Source of the DNA: a virus
Length of the DNA stretch: 59,049 bases
IMG/VR virus record: IMGVR_UViG_3300020048_000003
Reading direction: 5' to 3' (one strand)
Positions 7,897-17,932 of this stretch are shown here, in pieces; the first letter of the stretch is position 1; each line of letters opens with the position of its first letter. Below the pieces are notes generated by a model. That model saw only the letters and a list, made by a program, of their open reading frames with translations, did no database searches and was not told the origin of the DNA. The position numbers and the translations under genes were made by a program.

Positions 7897-8225
7897 AAGT
7901 TATATTTATTTGCTTGTATTATTATTTCTAAATCTTCTCTATTTTTAGAATAATATAAAATTTCATGTTTTTCAAATATTCTAAGAGATACATTTTTATC
8001 GTGTTTTCTAAAATAGTGTTCAAGTCTTTTTGGTATTTCTGAACTAGGATAGACAACGTAAACATTATCATTTTGTAAATCTGCTCCTATGAATGTAATC
8101 TGACCAACATTATTACATAAAAAATTATTGATATCTTCACCATAAGATGATTTCATAATAACATAATCATATATTTCTGGTTCTTCAATATTTTCGTTAT
8201 TAAATTTTTCAAATACTTTTATCAT
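7893..8225 (-). CDS. array cassette protein (MIKVFEKF N-variant; EILYYSKNRE subfamily)
   Basis: N MIKVFEKFNNEN / C IIQANKYNL. Confidence 0.8.
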   Translation of the reverse strand: MIKVFEKFNNENIEEPEIYDYVIMKSSYGEDINNFLCNNVGQITFIGADLQNDNVYVVYPSSEIPKRLEHYFRKHDKNVSLRIFEKHEILYYSKNREDLEIIIQANKYNL

Positions 8226-8623
8226 AAATTATATTTATTTGCTGCAAAAAATAAATCAATATCATCTGGTATTTCATGCTGTAATATTTCTTCATATGTT
8301 TTTCTTGTTTCACGAACTATTAATTTAAATATATAATTACCATTTTTTGTGGAACCTTCTGAGGGCCAAGGTACTGCAATATCTGGTATATGCTTATTAA
8401 TAAAAAATACTATAGATTCAGCAGGACCTTTATTAGCGTTAGGAAAATAGCATTGTATATAATCTAGTTTTATATATTTTGCACCAGTCCAATATTTATT
8501 TAAAAAAGATTTTAGATTTTTTGCTTTATTTATCATCTCTTCAGTATCCATACCACAATCAACCTTATAAATAGCAACATACCATTTATATTCATTAGTA
8601 AATTTTTCAAATATTTTTATCAT
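8222..8623 (-). CDS. array cassette protein (MIKIFEKF N-variant)
   Basis: N MIKIFEKFTNE / C AANKYNL. Confidence 0.8.
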   Translation of the reverse strand: MIKIFEKFTNEYKWYVAIYKVDCGMDTEEMINKAKNLKSFLNKYWTGAKYIKLDYIQCYFPNANKGPAESIVFFINKHIPDIAVPWPSEGSTKNGNYIFKLIVRETRKTYEEILQHEIPDDIDLFFAANKYNL

Positions 8624-9243
8624 ATATTATAATTTATTGCTACTTCTAAGTAATCATATTTTTTCTTCAAATCATCTGGTAAAAATTTTTTACATAATTT
8701 ATAATTTTCAGGATGATTTTCTAATAACCAATCTATAAAGGGTTCAACACCAGGTATTAATATTTTTTTAGGATTATGATCAGGATTTGGATATATAGTT
8801 TCAGTTAAATATAACTCAATTAAGTTATAGTTTGAATCAAAATTATATCCATATTTTACCATATTCTTTAGCATTTCTACCATCTTAGGTGTTATTACAC
8901 GTTTACTACCATCATATTTTTTTTCACCTATTATATCAGGTAAACTAATACTATTAATTGAACTATCATCTCCCCAACCATTTGCGTAATCTGATTGTAA
9001 TAAATATTCAATCATTTTAAATTGATCATTTTCCAATGCAGTGGCAAAGAGATTAGAAATTATATCTCCTGCGTTTGCTATATCGTATCCATTATCCAAT
9101 AAATAATTTAAGCCATCAAAATCTCCTTCTCTTACAATATCAACAATAAACTTATTACCAAGTTTTTGAATTAATCTTTTCTCTTTCTTTTTCTTGGCTT
9201 TTAAGTAGTCTGCTTCAGTAAATTTTTCAAATACTTTTATCAT
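8620..9243 (-). CDS. array cassette protein (207 aa, MIKVFEKF N-variant)
   Basis: N MIKVFEKFTEAD / C AINYNI. Confidence 0.8.
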   Translation of the reverse strand: MIKVFEKFTEADYLKAKKKKEKRLIQKLGNKFIVDIVREGDFDGLNYLLDNGYDIANAGDIISNLFATALENDQFKMIEYLLQSDYANGWGDDSSINSISLPDIIGEKKYDGSKRVITPKMVEMLKNMVKYGYNFDSNYNLIELYLTETIYPNPDHNPKKILIPGVEPFIDWLLENHPENYKLCKKFLPDDLKKKYDYLEVAINYNI

Positions 9244-10481
9244 AAATTATATTTTTTTACTAATAACTCCATAATTTCGGGAATATGATCATATTCATTT
9301 ATAATTTTTGGATGTAATTTATGTACTATATATTTTGCATTATTTTCATCTATATCCAATATCATTTTTTGAAATTCATATGATTTTGTTATTTTATCAT
9401 CCATTCCAATTAATTTACCAATTATACTTGGATTTTGTTTCATTTTATTAATCCAATATTTTTCATTGTTATGTGTTATTCGTCTTGTTATATATGGATT
9501 TTCTTTACCATTATAATTTGATATTATATCATATGCTAAATCTAACTCTGGTTGTGCTAAATATTTATCAAATCTTTCATCTTTTGGATGGTCAAATCCC
9601 AAAAAATCCGATTTTCTTTTTAACGCGTCTAATGCGTTATATTGATCTTGATGACTCTGTGCATCTAATATCATTTTCAAATATTTCATATCAACTCCTC
9701 TATCACTTAATAAATCTATCAATTTAAAAAAGTTTATTTCATATTTATCAATATCATGTGTTGCATAACCTGAATATGAATAATCTCTTGCTTTAATTTT
9801 TGAATTTAATAAAATTGGTAATGCCTCATAATTATCTTTACATACAACATTATAAATGTGTCTGCAGGTGACTGGTATATTTAATTCTTCTACAAGATAT
9901 TTTATTAAATCTGGTGTTGTATTATATTTAGTTGCTTCATCTAAACAATTTTCTTCTGCGTGAGTCCAAGTTGCTTGTATTTTTTTTGTAGGGTCTAAGC
10001 CTTTATTTTTTACAAAGTATTTAACTAAATCTACTTGACCATGAAAAGCAGCAATTCTTAATAACTTTGAATCTAACTTAAATCCTAATTTTTCTAAAAA
10101 ATCAAAAGTTTTATTTCTATCATCAGTTTTAGCGTGATGTATTACATATTCTAAAAAATTATTACGATTTGTTAAAAATTCTTTATATAAATCATTTTTT
10201 AACATTACGGTTTTGAATGTTTCAAAATCAAGAAATGTTATACTTCTTTCTAATCTTATCAATTCTCTTAAAGGAAGTATATCAAGTAAAGCAATTACCA
10301 TTTCTGGAAATTGTTTAGTACAACTCCAGTGAAACAAATCACTTACACTTCCTTCTATTGTATGGTTTTTTATTTTATCTAAATAATAATCAACGTCACG
10401 AATTTTATCATTAAAAAACTCGTCATATAAGGATTTTTTAGGCATCTTTTTTTTAGCCTCAAATAATTTTATATATTTCAT
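9240..10481 (-). CDS. array cassette protein, large (413 aa) with ankyrin-like repeats
   Basis: N MKYIKLFEAKKK / C VKKYNL; LLRIAAFHGQVDLVKYFVKNKGLDP ankyrin-like segments. Confidence 0.8.
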   Translation of the reverse strand: MKYIKLFEAKKKMPKKSLYDEFFNDKIRDVDYYLDKIKNHTIEGSVSDLFHWSCTKQFPEMVIALLDILPLRELIRLERSITFLDFETFKTVMLKNDLYKEFLTNRNNFLEYVIHHAKTDDRNKTFDFLEKLGFKLDSKLLRIAAFHGQVDLVKYFVKNKGLDPTKKIQATWTHAEENCLDEATKYNTTPDLIKYLVEELNIPVTCRHIYNVVCKDNYEALPILLNSKIKARDYSYSGYATHDIDKYEINFFKLIDLLSDRGVDMKYLKMILDAQSHQDQYNALDALKRKSDFLGFDHPKDERFDKYLAQPELDLAYDIISNYNGKENPYITRRITHNNEKYWINKMKQNPSIIGKLIGMDDKITKSYEFQKMILDIDENNAKYIVHKLHPKIINEYDHIPEIMELLVKKYNL

Positions 10482-10768
10482 AAGTTATATTTTTGTGCTG
10501 ATTTTTCTAATTCAAATTTTTCAATTTCTTCTGGTGTCATTTTTCTTTCTATATCATCATCACAAATTATAACTTTTCCTATTCCAGAATCTTCATCTAA
10601 AATAGCTTCTGCTTCGTAATCATCCATATTTGCCTCATCATTCCACCAATGATCTAATATTTTTACAAACGGCTTTACCATCCAATCACTTTCGGATAAG
10701 ATAACATAATCTCCAATTTTATATTTTACCTCAGATTGAGAATCTTCAAATGTTTTTATATATTTCAT
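10478..10768 (-). CDS. array cassette protein, G-D-Y-V mini-domain type
   Basis: N MKYIKTFEDSQ...KIGDYVIL / C TPEEIEKFELEKSAQKYNL. Confidence 0.8.
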   Translation of the reverse strand: MKYIKTFEDSQSEVKYKIGDYVILSESDWMVKPFVKILDHWWNDEANMDDYEAEAILDEDSGIGKVIICDDDIERKMTPEEIEKFELEKSAQKYNL

Positions 10769-11067
10769 AGATTATATTTTTTTGCATCATGCTCTAATTC
10801 AAGTTGTTCAGATTCTTCTTTTGTTAGTTTTCTATCAACTTCATATCCATAAAATTGAGCACCAAGTCCTTCATCTTCACCTGTTAAAAATACACCTTGA
10901 TAAAAAATATATCTTGGATCATTCTTATTAAAATCGGTATCTTTGGTGATTCCAATTATTTTCATGTATTCTGCTACAATATCTGCCATTCTTGAAGTCA
11001 CGATAACAATATCATTGATTTTATAAACTGGATAAAAACTTTCCTCAAACAATTTTAAATGTTTCAT
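10765..11067 (-). CDS. array cassette protein, mini-domain type
   Basis: N MKHLKLFEESF / C ELEHDAKKYNL. Confidence 0.8.
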   Translation of the reverse strand: MKHLKLFEESFYPVYKINDIVIVTSRMADIVAEYMKIIGITKDTDFNKNDPRYIFYQGVFLTGEDEGLGAQFYGYEVDRKLTKEESEQLELEHDAKKYNL

Positions 11068-11591
11068 TTTTCTCCTTTGAATCCTATTTTTGTATCTTTA
11101 TATGCGTTTGTATTTTTATACATATTTGAACCATACATTTGTTTTTCTATTTCTTTTCTTTTTACATAAGAAGTTATATCTTTTAAATTAGCAAATAATT
11201 CTTCTGGTTTTGTTTCAGATGTTATTCCAGTTCTCATTGATACTCTATTAATTATAATTTCATGAGTATCAAAATAATTTTTAAATTCACTAATAATAGA
11301 CATTGCTTCATATTGATTAATAGCAGTAAAGAGTAAAAATATATTACAATATTTTTGTTTATCTTTAAATGGATTAAATGAAGATGGTGCTTTTTCTATA
11401 ATAACTTGAAATTGAGAAAATCCCAATCCAGCAATATATTGTATAAAATCTTCTTTTATATTTTTGAATTTTTTTATACCTGATTCGGTGGTATTAATAA
11501 CAAATCCAAAACCTTCTTCTTGAAAATGTTTATATCCTGCGGCTTTATACGGTCCTGTATAAAACTCAAATAAGTTGTAATTTGTTATCAT
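11064..11591 (-). CDS. array-embedded protein (175 aa) lacking the KYNL C-terminus
   Basis: N MITNYNLFEF (degenerate tag); ends KIGFKGEK; downstream junction absent. Confidence 0.65.
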   Translation of the reverse strand: MITNYNLFEFYTGPYKAAGYKHFQEEGFGFVINTTESGIKKFKNIKEDFIQYIAGLGFSQFQVIIEKAPSSFNPFKDKQKYCNIFLLFTAINQYEAMSIISEFKNYFDTHEIIINRVSMRTGITSETKPEELFANLKDITSYVKRKEIEKQMYGSNMYKNTNAYKDTKIGFKGEK

Positions 11592-11594
11592 ATC

Positions 11595-11978
11595 TTATAG
11601 ATTATATTTTTTTGCCATTATTTTTAATTCTAATTCTTCTTTATTCTTTGAGAAATATTTAATTTGGTCTGTGTAAGTTTTATCATTATAAACCAATAAA
11701 TATTTTTTCTTTTTATCATTACTTTTATAATCATCTTCAAAACAGCTTCTAAATCCGTATGGTATATCATCTTCAAAATAAACTTTATAACCTAAGAAAT
11801 TTTCTCCACTATGTTTTTGCATTTTTTCTATTCTAACTATTTGACATATTGTTGTTGCTATAAATTTTTTAAATCCTTGAAACCTATCATTCCAAGGAAA
11901 TTTGGTTGGATTTAATAATACATAATCACCAACTTCAGGTAATTGTTTTTGTGCTTCAAACAATTTCAAATATTTCAT
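11595..11978 (-). CDS. array cassette protein
   Basis: N MKYLKLFEAQ / C LKIMAKKYNL. Confidence 0.8.
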   Translation of the reverse strand: MKYLKLFEAQKQLPEVGDYVLLNPTKFPWNDRFQGFKKFIATTICQIVRIEKMQKHSGENFLGYKVYFEDDIPYGFRSCFEDDYKSNDKKKKYLLVYNDKTYTDQIKYFSKNKEELELKIMAKKYNL

Positions 11979-12484
11979 AAATTATATTTTTCTATATTTT
12001 TATAGAATTCAATTGGTTCTAATTGTTCTTCAATTTCTTTACATATAACTTCAAATTCTTTTATTATATCATCAAATATATTATTCTTTTTAAGAACGTC
12101 TTGTATTTTTGGGTAATATTCTTTTGTAAAATTCATGTATAAATCAATTGGTAAAAATTCATTATACTCAGTACCCCAGAAATGTGATAGATTACTAGTT
12201 CTATAGTGAGATATATTATTTAATGTTGTTGTAAAATAATATAAATCAAATGTGTTCAATCCTTCTTGTATATCACGAGTTCTCAATTTTATTTCTCTTA
12301 ATTTCGGATCATTTAATTTATTTGATTTCTTACGAATTAAATCTAATATTCCAACAATTCCATTAAATTGGCTTTGTCCTATGGACATACAAAAATAATC
12401 ATTTGTATTGTATTCAAGTACAAATTCATCACAAGAATATACTATTTTTTGGTATCTATTTTCAAATAATTTTAAATATTTCAT
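11975..12484 (-). CDS. array cassette protein (169 aa)
   Basis: N MKYLKLFENRY / C KNIEKYNL. Confidence 0.8.
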   Translation of the reverse strand: MKYLKLFENRYQKIVYSCDEFVLEYNTNDYFCMSIGQSQFNGIVGILDLIRKKSNKLNDPKLREIKLRTRDIQEGLNTFDLYYFTTTLNNISHYRTSNLSHFWGTEYNEFLPIDLYMNFTKEYYPKIQDVLKKNNIFDDIIKEFEVICKEIEEQLEPIEFYKNIEKYNL

Positions 12485-12876
12485 AAGTTATATTTTTCTG
12501 CGTCTTCAAATCTATCAATAATATCTTTGTATTTTGGATCATATTTTAATCTACTATCAAATCCTACGGTATCATATATAATTTGTTCTTTACCTAAATT
12601 TATTATTGATTTTTGTAAATCTAAATCATTTTGTAATCTTCTTTTAAAATCCCAACTATCTTCAAATTCTTCTAAATTTATACCTTTTTCAACTAAATGT
12701 GCAAACATTACAAAAGGATCATAACATGCTTGAACTAAAGCTTCTTCATTATTTATATCATAACCTTTATTAAGAAAGAAATCAACTATCTTAATTTCTC
12801 CAGTTTGAACAGATTTTTTAAATAGCAAATCTTTCATTTCCTTAATATTATTATATTTTTCAAATAATTTAATCAT
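12481..12876 (-). CDS. array cassette protein
   Basis: N MIKLFEKYNN / C EDAEKYNL; preceded by divergent intergenic region. Confidence 0.8.
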   Translation of the reverse strand: MIKLFEKYNNIKEMKDLLFKKSVQTGEIKIVDFFLNKGYDINNEEALVQACYDPFVMFAHLVEKGINLEEFEDSWDFKRRLQNDLDLQKSIINLGKEQIIYDTVGFDSRLKYDPKYKDIIDRFEDAEKYNL

Positions 12877-12916
12877 AATATTTTATATATATAAAAAAAT
12901 AAATATTTATTTTTAG
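12877..12916. promoter_or_regulatory. 40-nt AT-rich divergent intergenic region (candidate promoters for 12876<- and ->12917)
   Basis: Only non-coding spacer between divergently oriented genes; TATATATAAAAAAATAAATATTTATTTTTAG. Confidence 0.3.
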
Positions 12917-13819
12917 ATGATAGATTTAGTATTAACAATGATAGCCGCGTATGATGATTATGAAACCGAACTTGGTTTTACAAAAGATGATATAAATAAT
13001 ATCATCAAAAAATATAAAGCACTTGATGATTTAAAAGAAAGTAATGAAATAGGATGGATCATTTTGTGGAAAAACAAGTATATTTCAAATGAAATATTTG
13101 CAAAATTAATGGATGTTGAATACGAAGATAAGGATTTTTGGATTGTGTGTGATAATTTTGATGATGTTTTATCTAAGGAATATGAAACAGAAATTGAAAT
13201 TTTAGATGGTAATTTAGATTGGGAACCAGGTGAAACTTATGATGTTGAATTATATTATCATTGGAACTCATTTACAGAAGAAACATTAAAAGACATAGTA
13301 AAATTTTGTATTGATAAAGGATTTGAAATTGATGATGAATTAATGACAGAAGAAAATACAATCTTTAAAGATGGTGATATATATTTTATTGGTTCTGATG
13401 ATGAAAAAAGAATCTATGATCTATTAAATGATGATGAATTGGAAGATTTAAAAAGTTCATTAAATATCGCAATATGTGAAGCACAAGAAAGTGCTGATCA
13501 GAGTGAAATGTATAGAGCTGTAAAAAAGGCTTTTATAAATTCAGTTGGCGAATATAAATATAAAACTATCAATGTAGATGGAAAAGACGAAGAGAAATTA
13601 TATATTAGAATGGATATAGATTGGGTTGATATTGAATCTAGATTAAAAGATGAATATGGTGATTTTGACTTTGATACAGAAAATTATGGAAGTCTTCTTT
13701 ATATATTAAAAGAATATGAATATTTTGATTTTAGAGTACCCGATTATGATCGTTTATCTGGTAGTATTGATGATGATATAATGAATGAATATATTCAAAA
13801 TCGTTTAGAGTGGGATTAA
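12917..13819 (+). CDS. acidic hypothetical protein (300 aa) on opposite strand, interrupting the array
   Basis: ORF track; D/E-rich; convergent 4-nt overlap with 13816..14685. Confidence 0.7.
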   Translation: MIDLVLTMIAAYDDYETELGFTKDDINNIIKKYKALDDLKESNEIGWIILWKNKYISNEIFAKLMDVEYEDKDFWIVCDNFDDVLSKEYETEIEILDGNLDWEPGETYDVELYYHWNSFTEETLKDIVKFCIDKGFEIDDELMTEENTIFKDGDIYFIGSDDEKRIYDLLNDDELEDLKSSLNIAICEAQESADQSEMYRAVKKAFINSVGEYKYKTINVDGKDEEKLYIRMDIDWVDIESRLKDEYGDFDFDTENYGSLLYILKEYEYFDFRVPDYDRLSGSIDDDIMNEYIQNRLEWD

Positions 13820-14685
13820 AGATTATATTTTCCAGCGTCTCTTTTCATTATTTTATTTTTAATAAATTTCATTGCTTTCTTTTCATCTCCCACATTTTGT
13901 AAAATTTCATATTTATCACCAACTAAAAAATCTTTTGTTTTACCAAAAATTAATATCATATTTTCTGTAGGTTCAAGATATTCAATATCAAAACTATTTA
14001 TGTCTTTTTCAAATGCTTTTTTTACATCTAATATTGTTTTATTATCATCAATAAAAAACTCTATCATTTTATAAAAAAAGTTTGTATTTAAAAAAACAAC
14101 AGAATATGTATCATACTTTTTAGTTTCTGAGCATATAGATTGAATTTTTTTTGCTTCTTTTGGTGGTATAGTTGTAATACTTCTGAAACTTGAACGAATA
14201 CTATCACCAGTGCTCAAATCGTAAATGAAATTTTTAGCAACATCATAATAGAAATCTTCCATATCTGGATAACTTTGTAATATAAATTTTTCACCTAAGT
14301 CGTATTTATAATAGCCATAATAATATTTTATAAGTTTTTCATCTGGTTCACCATCATCTAAAGTATTACCACCTAATGGATAATCTTTATCAAAATGATA
14401 TAAAACATAATCCATAAAGAAACCGTGCATTGTAAAATTAAAATCTTTAAGAATTTTTTCTCTATATTCTCTATAGAAATTTTCAAAATTAAAACCTTCT
14501 TCTAAAAGTTCATCTAATAATTTATTCAAATATTGATCAAGTTCATTTGTATCAGTTTTAAAATGACGTGTAAAATTTCCAGTTAAATCAGTATAGTCTT
14601 CATTTACTTCAATAAAATTAATAATAAATTGATAGATTTGTTTGGATAATTCCGCATATGCATATTCTTTATAATTTGTTTCCAT
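13816..14685 (-). CDS. array cassette protein (289 aa), atypical N-terminus
   Basis: N METNYKEYAY / C RDAGKYNL. Confidence 0.75.
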   Translation of the reverse strand: METNYKEYAYAELSKQIYQFIINFIEVNEDYTDLTGNFTRHFKTDTNELDQYLNKLLDELLEEGFNFENFYREYREKILKDFNFTMHGFFMDYVLYHFDKDYPLGGNTLDDGEPDEKLIKYYYGYYKYDLGEKFILQSYPDMEDFYYDVAKNFIYDLSTGDSIRSSFRSITTIPPKEAKKIQSICSETKKYDTYSVVFLNTNFFYKMIEFFIDDNKTILDVKKAFEKDINSFDIEYLEPTENMILIFGKTKDFLVGDKYEILQNVGDEKKAMKFIKNKIMKRDAGKYNL

Positions 14686-14690
14686 AATGT

Positions 14691-14918
14691 TTATATATTA
14701 TATTTTTCAGCATCAATTTCATATTCAGGCACGTGTTCTATATGATTTTCATCTATCCAACCACATTTATTTCCCCAAGCATCTAATAGATAAACCCTAT
14801 TATAATTAACATTTTCAACTTTAAATTTAGTTCTCTTATGTGGTTCATCAAGTATGAAAACTATATCACCAGTTTTAAATTTTGGCTTTTGTTCTTCAAA
14901 TATTTTAATATGTTTCAT
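14691..14918 (-). CDS. array cassette protein, 75-aa G-D-I-V mini-domain
   Basis: N MKHIKIFEEQ...KTGDIVFIL / C VPEYEIDAEKYNI. Confidence 0.8.
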   Translation of the reverse strand: MKHIKIFEEQKPKFKTGDIVFILDEPHKRTKFKVENVNYNRVYLLDAWGNKCGWIDENHIEHVPEYEIDAEKYNI

Positions 14919-15355
14919 AAATTATATTTATTTGCATTTTTTCTCATCTCTCTTTCTTCAAAGAAGTCAGGATGATATTTTAAAAATACTTGTTTAATTT
15001 TTGGTCTATCTCTAAGTTGTGTTGTTTTATTTGCCCAATCAAAAACATCAAAATCATCATCTACTTGATGATATACATCAGCACCATTTTCTATTAATTC
15101 ATCTACCATCTTCCAATTTGACCAATTTATAGCAGTCATTAAAAGAGTATATATAGTATGGTATGGTGATTGACTTATTTCTTCTTCCGAATAATTGTCT
15201 TGATTAGGATTTCCACCTTTTTTAATAGCATCTAAAAACTTCCAATAATCTTGATCCTTAACACTATCATATAAATTTTTATCAATTTCTTTTTGTGTTT
15301 CAGTTAATTCTGGCTCAGGTGATTTCTTAAAATAATCTTTGAATTTTGTAAACAT
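14915..15355 (-). CDS. array cassette protein with ankyrin-like repeat
   Basis: N MFTKFKDYFKK / C NANKYNL; LLMTAINWSNWKMVDELIENGADV. Confidence 0.75.
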   Translation of the reverse strand: MFTKFKDYFKKSPEPELTETQKEIDKNLYDSVKDQDYWKFLDAIKKGGNPNQDNYSEEEISQSPYHTIYTLLMTAINWSNWKMVDELIENGADVYHQVDDDFDVFDWANKTTQLRDRPKIKQVFLKYHPDFFEEREMRKNANKYNL

Positions 15356-15861
15356 TATAAATTATATTTTTTTGTAGCACCAAATAATGGATATTTTTCA
15401 TCAATATATTTTTTTACTTTTATTGTTGCAACATCATAAAAATCTTTACCTTCATTATTTCTAATTGTCATATCAGGATCAAATTCTAAAATCAATTTTA
15501 CATTTTTAATATCATCTTTTGAATTTTTAGTAATAGTAATTAATGGTGTATTACCTTCTTCATCTTTACTATCAACATCAGCACCACTCTCTAAAAAATC
15601 AACAACAGCAATCATATCTAAGTTTTCTGCTGCTAATCCAAGACATACATCAGGATCCGTAGGAACACCAAAATGATTTTCAATTCTTTCTTTTGCCTCT
15701 TTTTCTGATATGTGAAATTTTGAGGTGACTTGATTTATTATTCCCCATAAATCATCACTTGTAAAATAATCCGAACTATCATAATCTCTAAAATCCGATT
15801 TGAACCAATCTTCAAGATTCCATGGATCTCTTTTTTTTTCAAATGTTTTAATATATTTCAT
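15355..15861 (-). CDS. array cassette protein, ankyrin-repeat
   Basis: N MKYIKTFEKK / C ATKKYNL; DFLESGADVDSKDEEGNTPLITITKNS. Confidence 0.8.
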   Translation of the reverse strand: MKYIKTFEKKRDPWNLEDWFKSDFRDYDSSDYFTSDDLWGIINQVTSKFHISEKEAKERIENHFGVPTDPDVCLGLAAENLDMIAVVDFLESGADVDSKDEEGNTPLITITKNSKDDIKNVKLILEFDPDMTIRNNEGKDFYDVATIKVKKYIDEKYPLFGATKKYNL

Positions 15862-15863
15862 TT

Positions 15864-16214
15864 TTATAAATTATATTTTTTTATATTTATCATAACATCT
15901 AAATTTGAAATAAACTCAAATATCTCTTTATAATTTTTTATTTCAAATTCTTTATCTTTCCAAGCACCACGTTTTGATCCATCTGGATCAACACTTGCAA
16001 TTTTATTCATATAATCAACAATCACTATATCTTCATCATTCCCTTGAAAAAGTATGTATGGTCGTTCATCTGTGTGTCCATGTATAGATTCATAATCAGA
16101 ATAAGTATTATATACATATTTAACATTTAATCCCTTATCTTCTAGATATTTAAGTAATTTTGTTAATTTTGTTTTACCTTTTCTTTTAGTTTCAAATAGT
16201 TTAATATATTTCAT
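15864..16214 (-). CDS. array cassette protein
   Basis: N MKYIKLFETK / C INIKKYNL. Confidence 0.8.
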   Translation of the reverse strand: MKYIKLFETKRKGKTKLTKLLKYLEDKGLNVKYVYNTYSDYESIHGHTDERPYILFQGNDEDIVIVDYMNKIASVDPDGSKRGAWKDKEFEIKNYKEIFEFISNLDVMINIKKYNL

Positions 16215-16516
16215 AAATTATATTTTTCTGCTTGTTTATTTAATACGATTCCATCATAAAATTCAACATCATTTGGATCCATATTACTTTTAATTTTAAA
16301 TCTATCACAATCCCACCAATATTCTAATCCTTTTAATTTAGCTTGTTTCGCCCACGCACCTCTAACATCTTCAACCACATATGTTTGACCATATTCTAAT
16401 TCATCGTCTCCGGCGTGATACACACATATAACAACATCACCAATTTCTAAATCTCTATTTTCTTTTTCAAACCAAGGAATTTTATTTCCTTCTTCAAATG
16501 TTTTTATATATTTCAT
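16211..16516 (-). CDS. array cassette protein, mini-domain type
   Basis: N MKYIKTFEEG...EIGDVVICV / C KQAEKYNL. Confidence 0.8.
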   Translation of the reverse strand: MKYIKTFEEGNKIPWFEKENRDLEIGDVVICVYHAGDDELEYGQTYVVEDVRGAWAKQAKLKGLEYWWDCDRFKIKSNMDPNDVEFYDGIVLNKQAEKYNL

Positions 16517-16518
16517 AA

Positions 16519-16779
16519 CTACATATTATATTTAATTGCATCTACTTCATAATCAGGAACTTTTTCTAATCTTTTTTCCTCTACCCAACCATAATCATTT
16601 TTATCTAATCTCTTTATAAAATATTTATAATTGATTAAATCATTATTAAAATCCCATTTCTCTACAATATAAATATAACCTTTTCCTCCTTGTGTCCAAT
16701 AATTATCCAATCTTACAAAATCACCAACAAAAAACTTTCTTTTAAAATTTTCAGCTTCAAATGTTTTTATATATTTCAT
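16519..16779 (-). CDS. array cassette protein, mini-domain type
   Basis: N MKYIKTFEAE...FVGDFVRL / C VPDYEVDAIKYNM. Confidence 0.8.
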   Translation of the reverse strand: MKYIKTFEAENFKRKFFVGDFVRLDNYWTQGGKGYIYIVEKWDFNNDLINYKYFIKRLDKNDYGWVEEKRLEKVPDYEVDAIKYNM

Positions 16780-17084
16780 AAATTATATTTTTTTGCGTTT
16801 GAATATAGTTCAATCATTTCCTTAAATCCTTTATCTGAATCTTTTATAATATCAAACCTATTTAAAGGATAAGAATATGCCTCGCCAATTATATGTATAT
16901 TTTGACCGTTTGAATTAGGATAAGTATTATGTCCAGATATCATACAAGGAATAAAATCATCGTTATTAAAATAATGATTTATACTATGCCAACCTTCCTT
17001 TGGTCTCGCCAACACAAATACATAACCACCATATTCATAATCATAATCACCAGAATGATAACCTTCAAATTTTTTTATTTTCAT
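16776..17084 (-). CDS. array cassette protein (start corrected to internal MKIKKFEGY)
   Basis: Track ORF 16776..17123 extends upstream into previous gene; family N-tag begins at 17084; C NAKKYNL. Confidence 0.7.
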   Translation of the reverse strand: MKIKKFEGYHSGDYDYEYGGYVFVLARPKEGWHSINHYFNNDDFIPCMISGHNTYPNSNGQNIHIIGEAYSYPLNRFDIIKDSDKGFKEMIELYSNAKKYNL

Positions 17085-17085
17085 T

Positions 17086-17559
17086 TTATAAATTATATTT
17101 TTCTGCTGATGCATAGTGTTCAAATTCTGGTATAGTTTCTAATACTCTTTTGTAATTTTTAACGAGTTTTGGGTACCAACCCCCATCACCTTCAGTAAAA
17201 TTAAAGTTATCAAAATCGTGTTTAACTCTTTCATATAAATTTGTACATAATTCAGGATAGTTATTATAGAATTCTATTGGTGTCATAAAATCTATTTTAT
17301 TAAGTTCTTCTTGTGTTAATTTTTCATGATTTCCATATGCTTCTCTATCTATTACATTATTTTCATTAAATTCAAAACAATCAAATTCAATATGAACGAT
17401 TTTTTCATATAGATGTTTCTTATTATCTGGTATAGATAACTCATTTGTAAAATATGCACGAATCAATAATGCAATAGCATTATTACCTTTATCTACAAGT
17501 ATTTTATCAATATATTCGTATAATTTTTTATTCTCAAATATTTTAAAATTTGTTATCAT
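17086..17559 (-). CDS. array cassette protein (start corrected to internal MITNFKIFENK)
   Basis: Track ORF 17086..17583 overlaps upstream gene by 23 nt; family tag ATG at 17557-17559 sits 1 nt after upstream stop; C SAEKYNL. Confidence 0.7.
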   Translation of the reverse strand: MITNFKIFENKKLYEYIDKILVDKGNNAIALLIRAYFTNELSIPDNKKHLYEKIVHIEFDCFEFNENNVIDREAYGNHEKLTQEELNKIDFMTPIEFYNNYPELCTNLYERVKHDFDNFNFTEGDGGWYPKLVKNYKRVLETIPEFEHYASAEKYNL

Positions 17560-17560
17560 A

Positions 17561-17932
17561 TTATAAATTATATTTTTCTGCATCTACTTCTGCTTCAGCT
17601 TTTATATTCCAGTTAGGTGCAAATTGTACTGCGTTTCCAGGTAGAGTGCACCAATTAACAACCAAATCAAAATAAAGTTTTTCTTCACCAATAGAATCAT
17701 TATAAAATAAAAATAATCTCCTATCTTTTGTTATATCTTTCAATCTTTCTTCTTTATATTCTTTCCATGAAAGTGGACGAAATTCATTTCCTGTTCTTTT
17801 TAATATTTGCATTATATTATCTGCCACCACTTCATGTTCGTGATGTTTAAAAACGCAATTCATAGGTGATATTTTTGCAAAATCAGATGGTTTTAATTCT
17901 ACCAAATTTTCAAAATATTTTATATATTTCAT
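17561..17932 (-). CDS. array cassette protein
   Basis: N MKYIKYFENL / C VDAEKYNL. Confidence 0.8.
   Translation of the reverse strand: MKYIKYFENLVELKPSDFAKISPMNCVFKHHEHEVVADNIMQILKRTGNEFRPLSWKEYKEERLKDITKDRRLFLFYNDSIGEEKLYFDLVVNWCTLPGNAVQFAPNWNIKAEAEVDAEKYNL

Noticed and set aside
9473-9727. Plus-strand ORFs embedded antisense within array cassettes (9473..9727, 12527..12724, 16690..16872, 16929..17135, 21360..21545, 21985..22194, 22260..22454, 22574..22783, 23437..23667, 25322..25724, 30672..31339, 35073..35670, 37380..37577, 38848..39042, 40317..40529, 42552..42737, 44706..45312, 49189..49401, 49652..50087, 52138..52926, 54004..54858, 55837..56046, 56811..57014, 58003..58260)
   Set aside because: They are low-complexity I/L/F/Y-rich translations of the AT-rich antisense strand. 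They cut across the conserved junctions and have no start context or conservation. They are spurious.
17086-17583. Track ORF starts at 17123, 17583 and 55219 that extend into the upstream cassette
   Set aside because: In each case an internal ATG that begins the family N-tag (MKIKKFEGY, MITNFKIFENK, MKHIKTFEQV) lies exactly at the expected junction position. The longer versions are read-through artefacts of the ORF finder.
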